Shown: piece after piece, positions 56,143 through 64,000 of the stretch
Numbering within the stretch: position 1 is the first letter of the stretch
How the letters are laid out: each line of letters starts with the position of its first letter
Assembly (NCBI GenBank): GCA_964016885.1
Contig: OZ024748.1
Span: 39,866,001-39,930,000, forward strand
From: Eledone cirrhosa
Lineage: Eukaryota
DNA: 64,000 bases
Reading direction: 5' to 3'
Program-made: the position numbers and the translations under genes
Notes under the pieces: model-generated
The model's database searches: none
The model's input: only the letters and a program-made list of their open reading frames with translations
What the model was told of the DNA's origin: nothing

Positions 56143-56242
56143 GAAATATACCAATAATAATAATCTATACTATAAAAGAGAAGCTGTTTCTCCGTCACAA
56201 CATATAGGTAGAAGTGAAATGGGAAGAAGTGGATTGTTGTTG

Positions 56243-56324
<82 letters not shown>

Positions 56325-56742
56325 CAGAGAGAAAGAGTATGTGAAATAAAGATAAATAGTTTAAAGTGTAATTCAAGGATTATGATGAGAATAAATTAAC
56401 ATATTTCAATATCTTTCTTTAGGAAATATTTTCTCTCGCGTTTATTTGCTTAATAATATTCAAAGTGTTATTAAAGTTCAGCAAGAAAGTCAATCTATTA
56501 TTTGAACAATTTATAAAGGTAAGTACATGATGATTAACAAATACTTTTTCTGGCAGTGTAGCAACAATATAATAATAACAGCAATTTTGGAGGAGGGGAA
56601 AGTTGACTAAATCTACCCCAGTGTGTTACTGGTACTTTATTTTATCGACCCTGTAAGGATGAAAGGCAAAGCTAACCTTGGCAGGATTTGAACTCAGAAC
56701 ATAAAGGGTCGTAACTCTATGTCGCGAATACTTATATACATA

Positions 56743-56784
<42 letters not shown>

Positions 56785-57347
56785 TACGTAGTACTTACTG
56801 TGGCATAGGGCTATCTTCACACTCCATTCTATCAGTGTCATTCTGATAAATGTTTTCGTCCATTCTAAATTGTGAGATAAAGCATCGAGATTAGATTCAA
56901 GTTACTATAGGAAGAATTAAACTGTCTAAAAGTTGCTTCAAATGTATTGAAACTACCTTGGTCAGAAAATAACGCACAACATATATAGAAATAATTCTTT
57001 TACTGATTCCGGTAACTGCAGCCATGAAATATACTTAATCATATCAACTCCAGTACTAATCTTTAGTCAACCATAACACCAATCTATACAATTAGAAATA
57101 TACCCATTTGAAACTTGTCCCAATTTACCTGTCACACCCTGTGTGTGTAGAGAGAGAGAAATTCTGTATATGTGTTTACTCATCTCTTAATGAGCAAAGA
57201 GAGATCGATAAAATATGTTACTTGACTTAAAACTAAGTACTGGGATCAATATGATTGACTTAACATTTCTAGGTTGTGACCCAGCATGACCAGTTTATGG
57301 CCGAAAGCAAGAATAATGAAATAAGAAATAAAATACATTTTCCTTAC

Positions 57348-57411
57348 CCAGGTACGCTATCAATAAGGGTATTTGGTACATAGCCATGCAGCATCATCTG
57401 TCCATTGTCCT
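57348..57411 (-). CDS. Possible isolated 64-nt internal exon of an unidentified minus-strand gene
   Basis: ttcttgtgtttcttcAG|...CCTGG|GTAAGG; one open frame, DNGQMMLHGYVPNTLIDSVP. Confidence 0.4.
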
Positions 57412-58130
57412 CTGAAGAAACACAAGAAAAAAAATTAATTAATGAAGAATATTGAGTTATTTACTAAAATTATTAATTATTTCATTACTAAGACAGTAAC
57501 GTAACCCTTTCATAGCCACATTTCTAATGAAATACACTATTTTAATTAACTAATGAAGTATTTCAAGTTATTTACTAAAATTATTAATTAGGCACATGGC
57601 TTAGTGGTTAGAGCATTGGCTTTGCAATCGAAAGGTTGTGAGTTCAATTCTCAGACCGGGTGATGTGTTGTTTCCTTGAGCAAGACACTTTATTTCACAT
57701 TGCTCCAGTTTACTCAGCTGTAGAAATGAGATGATAGGACTGTGGTCCCTATCATTCCACTGTAAAGTGGACGTGGAGGCGACACGGCAAAAAAAAAGCA
57801 CCCAGCACTCACTGTAAATGAGGTTGGTGTTAGGAAGGGCATCCAGCTGTAGAAATCAAGCCAGAATCAGTTCCTGTCCCACCCTTGCAAGCAGGGAAAA
57901 GTGGACGTAAAATGAAATGATGATGATGATTTCATTACTAAGATAGTAACTTAATGTAAGGTTCTTATATAAAATTATGTTGGGAGATTTTAATTTAAAT
58001 TGGAAACATTAAAAATGGGTTTTATTTTATAGAATCAGCAGCAGTTTTGGCCGTGACGAGGGTTAGTAACTAAAGGGTGGGAGTTGGTAACTAAAGGGTG
58101 GGGGGTGGTAACTAAAGAGAGAGAGAGAGA

Positions 58131-59457
58131 TTAATAAAAACAATGAATAAAAACAAAGAAACAGTTCCTTATATTAACAAATTCATCATTTTACGATCGT
58201 TTCTAGGATATATATGTGTGTGTTGGTATGTATATCATATAGATCTATGTAAACATTTTACAAAGTATCAGAGGAATTATACATACCTACACATATATAT
58301 GCTGAATATATGAAATAATGATATTTGTTTATTGAAAAACACCAACAAAGATTTAATATAATAAGTCTGTTTGGGAACAGGTTTTTAATTGACCAATAGA
58401 AGAGTAGTAAGTGGTCAAGTTGATAGAATAGTAGTAGTAGAAATTTAATTTAGGGATAGAGGAATGCAGACTTCAGTTTTGAATGGAAATAATACTTTGA
58501 ATGAAAAGATTACTTTGGGGATGAAAAGAGGTCAAGCCGGTGAAAGGTACACGAAAATTTTATGTTATTAAAGAATAATGCTAATGTTAAAATCGAAGGA
58601 GAATAAAATTTTAGGATAAATGTGTTAGTGAGAAATACCAATCTTATTAAAAACATAAGGAATTTAGATCTATAAAAAGAAATTAAATTAATTAATAGGT
58701 ATACTTATAGGGATAAATTTATATTAATTCATATAGATGTGATAAATAAGAGTTAGATGTTATTAAACAATGTTGTTAAAGACGAAGGAAAAAAAATTGA
58801 GGGGGGGTGGATAAATGTATTAGTGAGAAATAACAAACTTATATAGACTACAAGGAATTTAGATTCATAACAGGAAATTAAAATAGTTTATATGTATACT
58901 TATAGGTATTAATTTTAGGAAAAGATAGCTGTAACAGGGAAATAAAATTATGAAGTTCTCAGTAGTAAAATACTAATTATAGGTTAACTAAATTTAAAAA
59001 AAGCTAATTATAAGAATTTGTAATATAAAAGTGTATATTAATTAGGTTTATAATATTTGAAAGTTCTTCTAATTCTATGATTGCACGATATAATTAATTC
59101 TTGTCGCTTATTTAATAGGATATCCTTAGATTTCATTATTTCGAAAAGTTCCTGGGAACATAATCTACACTCATATCTGTTATTTTGATAAGGGGTGGCC
59201 CTTCTGAGCACACTCCAGGTCAGGTTATAATCGATATACTTTTTTCTATAATTATTAATTATTTCAGCCAAGGATGTTATATTAGCTAATGCGGCATTTT
59301 TAAAACTGTATTTGTGGGTATTAAATCTTACTTTAAATTGGTTAGAAGTAGCTCCTATATATGAATAAGTTGAGTCCTTAGTGCTAATTTTACATTTATA
59401 TACTATGTTATTAATAAGGCAATTTCCTTTTAATGTGCAATTTGCGTTGTTTCTCAA
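58131..59457 (-). mobile_element. Penelope/Neptune-like 3' part: GIY-YIG endonuclease ORF (59038-59457) and terminal region
   Basis: CTLKGNCL..IVYKC..YIGAT..FKVRFNTHK..CRLC..LLNKRQE. Confidence 0.85.
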
Positions 59458-59459
59458 GG

Positions 59460-62400
59460 ATCAATTTTCCCCTCGTCCTACTGCATATGAAAGTCTGCTG
59501 TCCAAGTTGGTGGTTTGCGACTTCTTTGCGATCTCCGCAGTGTTGGGGTGGCACTTTGGGTTTCCTCTTCCTCGGAGTCCGTTGACACAGTGATTCTACG
59601 GACATCCAGGACATGACGTGGTACTCCGTCCAAGGACACATTGTTCTGGGAATTTACGGCCGTCACCGTTCCCCTTCCCCATTGAGATGTGCAACGTGCA
59701 TATGGGGGCTTAACCCAGACTTCTTCGCCCACCTGCACGAATGCACTCTCTCTCCCCACTGGCCGTTGTGATGGCGTGCACGGGTGCCGCCACTCGTATC
59801 TGAATACTGCTCTGTGTGGCACCGATTCCTCGACCTGTCTCACCCGAGGGGACATGTTGTACCAGAACACTGCCTCCATTGGTGAGATATGGCCCCGCTC
59901 CGCCATTGCCTTGATCGTCCGGTGGTGTCGCTCTACAATTCCATTCCCGCTCGGCCTGTGCGCTGCTCTGAAGAAACGGTCCACCTTCCATCCATCGAGC
60001 ATCTCCCTCAGCGCCTCCGAGCGCAACGCTGCGCTGTTGTCCATCAGCAGTTCGTCCACAGGGCCCCGCTCCAAGAACACCTCTCTCAACGTCCGCATGA
60101 TTTCCTCGGCCGTTCCAGTCTTCATCTCCCTCCATATCGCCATCCGTCCTGATCCACAGTCGACCATCGAGAGGTACGTTCCCTGTCGGTAGTGCGTTAC
60201 ATCCACCGCCAATCGCTTCCAGTCGCGATCCACCGGGAGGCTTTCCGTTTCATGTACACCCGGGGCGGGATCAATGGACTGACATCGGACGCAGCCTCTA
60301 ACCACCCTTTGAACACTGTGTCTGTTAACGTCCGAGTCGATTCTCCTGGCTAGGAACAGGCTCCTATCCACTCCCATGTGGTGCAAGTCATGCAACCCTT
60401 TCAGATCCGACTCGGTCAGCCGACACACGGCAGCTATCTCATCATCTACCTCCTCCGGTGCTTCCATCCAGGCTTTATTCACCCTAGTTAAGACGTCCGC
60501 CCTATTTTTCTCTGAGAGCACGAAAACTACACTCAGCTTCGGGTCGAACTCGGTGGCCAGCTCTCCTAAAGTTCCCAGGCAGCGCTTTATCAGCATCTCC
60601 GCCGCCCCTCTCGTTCGCACTCTCTTCTCACTGGTGAGCACTGATCTCACCCATCCGAGTAGAGTAGCCGAGTCGGTGCGTATCTCGATGGATGCGCATT
60701 CCCCACCGCAGGGCGAGGTTCACCCCTCTCAACACTGCGTCCAGTTCGGCTACATTGATGTGGTTGCAGTCGTCCTTCTTCATAAGCCAGGCTGCATCCT
60801 CGACCTCAACACCTCCTATCTCCAACGTGACACACAGCGCTATGCTGCTGGCATCGCACCATACGGTCCCGCTCTGTGATTTGGGAACATACCACCCTCC
60901 CCACGATCTCGTGCATCATGGCCATCTCTTGACATAGCTGCATGCCGTCCGGAGCCACCCAGCAATCGGGTAGTCACCCACCAACTTTCCACACACCGAG
61001 AAAAGCTCCCGCCTACTCATACTTGGGCCCAGTTCTGGAACTTCATTTCCCCTCTGGAATACCAAGACGCCCGTCCTGTCTCGCCGTAGCCTAAGTCCCA
61101 GCGCGGCTCCTCCCTCCAACGCTTCTGACGGCTTCGCAGCCAGTCCATACCCCTGTAAATGGCTCGTGACCTCCGCCGCCGACACCACAAACTCGTCCAC
61201 TAGGATGTCGTCAATGTAGGAGTTAGTGGCCCTCTTCATCTTGTCGGCCTTTCCCAGAATAGCCTTGAGGACCACCGCCATGATCTTCGGTGCGGAGCTC
61301 AGCCCGAAACCGAGCCTGGTCAGGCAATGTATCCGGCCCTTATACCTGACCAGCTGATACTGCCAGAGCTTCTCATCTATATGCAATTGCAAGTATGCCG
61401 ACTTTAGATCTACGATTGCTGAACCCCCGTCATGCGTCTCCACTCAAGCAGGGTTTCCCACACAGACATCCGTGACCTCGCCACTCGTGTGGCATGACAC
61501 GTGCTCGTTCAACTCCCGAAGGTCCAGCACCGGCCTCACCTTGTTCTTCATGGGTTGCGCCACCGCCATTAACGGCAATACTCCGCACTTCACCTCCTCT
61601 TTCCGGGGAAGCAGTATGCCCTCCTCAATCCATCACTCTACCTCTCGCTCGAACTCGCCCCTAATGTTTCCCTTCAATGTGTGTTGATAGCAGCCCACTT
61701 TGGTCTTCAGTGTTGGTGGTTCTCCCTTCCAGTACCACTCAACAACCCATCGCTGCCTATCGAACACGGCCTTGAAGTCTTTGTCCTGCACAGTGTAAGC
61801 GGGGTATTTCTCCTCGTGGGCCTTCTGGTTCTCCTGTCGCGTACTCACAGCGCATACCGATGCAGCGGCGCCAAACGACACACCGACGTTGTTCACTGAC
61901 GCCTCCTAGACGGCGAATTGCGTCCATGCCCATAACCACGCCGATCCCATCCACCACGCTGTCTACTACGATGGCAGAAAGCCTTATTTTCCTTCCCCGT
62001 ACCGGCATTTCCATCTCGCTGCGATCTCGGCATTCAATTTTCGTGCCATCGACTGCCCTTACGCTGCTCTTCCCTCTTCACCTCTGCGCCACCCCCGCGA
62101 TCACCAGTGTCGTCGTACAACCCGTGTCCACGAGGGCTCGCTGTGGCATTCCCCTCACGAAGACACCCACCATGGAGAGCGCCTCTACTCGTAACGGGAA
62201 ACTACCGGCGCAGTAGTTCCCCTTGGATCGTTTCCCTGGTCGCAGTTAGTAGCGATGTGGCCTGGTCGCTTACACCGGTAGCATATTATTTCCGGCCTTG
62301 ACTCTCTGCAGTCTCTAGCCATGTGCGGGCCCTGGCACCGAAAACAGCGACCTCTAAACGTTCGTGGGCGACCGCGTGCCGTGGTTGCCTACCTTTCACC

Positions 62401-63286
62401 ATTTCGCTGCCAGCTGTCTTGAGCCTCTGTAGTTGCTATCGCCGCGACACTCTTCTTGGCATCTTCTGCTATGATCCGGGCTATTTCCACCAGTGAACGC
62501 ATTTCCATTTCTTTGTAACCCGAGACTTGCTGCAGTTTCACCGCTATGTCGTCTGGAAATCCATTTATGAACGCCAACCGCACCGTACGTTCGCATTCCA
62601 CCTGATATCCAGCCAACATGGCCAATCGCCGTATTTCCGCTGCGAAAAGGTCAACGCGTTCACCGTTCCATCTAATTCTTGCCAGCTTAGCGAAAGCGGC
62701 TAACGGTCCCTCTGCGAACGCTTCCATCATGCGCCTCTCAATCTTTTGCGCATCTCTTTGGCTGTGTTCGTCCAACTCAAGGAAGAGTACCAACGCGTCC
62801 CACTCGAGGTACAGTGCCATGAGGCCAGCCACATCTTCTATCTTCTGCAAGCTTGCGACCAGCCGGACTTTTCGCAGCCAAGCGACAACATCACTTTCAC
62901 CGGTAAATGCCCTCTTCTAATTAGTCTTGCTGTACGTGATAAACAAAAACAACAGACTCCTCTCAGTTTTTCCAGTTGCATTTTTTTTTTTTTTTTTTTT
63001 CAATCAGATCTCAGTTTCCAGTGCCGAAATAGCTTGTGGTTAGAAAAAGCTATCTCACCGCTTTTCATAGGCGCAGCTAAATCCCACTGCTGGTTTCTCT
63101 TCTTCCACGTGCGTCCAACTCCTTAACACCGGGAGCTGCCAAAACTCGCGTCCACACCGTTGTTGGTCACCACTAGAGAGAGGCCGATCTGCTGGCCCTT
63201 CCGGTCGAGCATCCTTCTGGCCAAGCACTCTTCCGGTCGAGCACTCCCTCGCTTCCGGCCACCGCACGCCACACCATACCCACATC
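59460..63286 (-). mobile_element. Ty3/Gypsy retrotransposon, decayed copy 2 (gag-PR-RT-RNaseH-IN), lacking the 3' LTR
   Basis: YIDD RT motif; integrase HHCC and D-D-E (VDVTH, MDN, GIVERHHRT); polypurine tract AGGACGAGGGGAAAA; near-identical to 1-2432. Confidence 0.93.
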
Positions 63287-64000
63287 AATTAAATCTTTAA
63301 TAGCATCAAACTCTTATTTATCACATCTATATGAATTAATATAAATTTATCCCTATAAGTATACCTATCAATTAAATTAATTTAATTTCTTTTTATAGAT
63401 CTAAATTCCTTATATTTTTAATAAGATTGGTATTTTTCACTAACATATTTATCCTAAAATTTTATTCTCCTTCGATTTTAACATTAGCATTATTCTTTAA
63501 TAACATAAAATTTTCGTGTACCTTTCACCGGCTTGACCTCTTTTCATCCCCAAAGTAATCTTTTCATTCAAAGTATTATTTCCATTCAAAACTGAAGTCT
63601 GCATTCCTCTACTCCTAAATTAAATTTCTACTACTACTATTCTATCAACTTGACCACTTACTACTCTTCTATTGGTCAATTAAAAACCTGTTCCCAAACA
63701 GACTTATTATATTAAATCTTTGTTGGTGTTTTTCAATAAACAAATATCATTATTTCATATATTCATATATGCTTTCCAGCATAGTTACGTCCCTTTACGA
63801 TCTGAGTTCAAATCCCGCCGAGGTTGACTTTGCCTTTCATCCTTACGGGGTCGATAAAATAAAGTACCAGTAATGCACTGGGTAATTGCTGGCCTTGTGC
63901 CTAAAGTAGAAACAATTATTTCATATATTCAGCATATATATGTGTAGGTATGTATATTCCCTCTGATAGTTTGTAAAATGTTTACATAGATCTATATGAT

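Noticed and set aside
54995-56344. DTVYVINPFITIFLMK repeat ORFs
   Set aside because: 48-bp minisatellite with stops and indels.

Overview
AT-rich animal genomic DNA, probably a cephalopod such as octopus (inferred from the SINE, Penelope and (TA)n landscape; not verified). It is mostly repeats: two decayed Gypsy copies, an L1/Tx1-type LINE, Penelope-like elements (PLEs) with fold-back ends and hammerhead ribozyme (HHR) motifs, Tc1, Helitron, RTE and SINE fragments, minisatellites and degenerate TTAGGG arrays. The main host gene is bacterial-type tryptophanase-like, with two long exons (36853-38328, 43166-44555) joined in frame by a phase-2 GT-AG intron and a candidate first exon at 19385-19410. 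The predicted ~963-aa protein has two tandem beta-eliminating lyase domains with complementary losses. Domain 1 lost the PLP lysine but keeps the residues donated in trans, and domain 2 shows the reverse, suggesting a single-chain pseudo-heterodimer with one composite active site. A second notable feature is a 29 x 54-bp tandem array whose unit is a minimal hammerhead ribozyme. All alignments were done by eye; no database searches were run.
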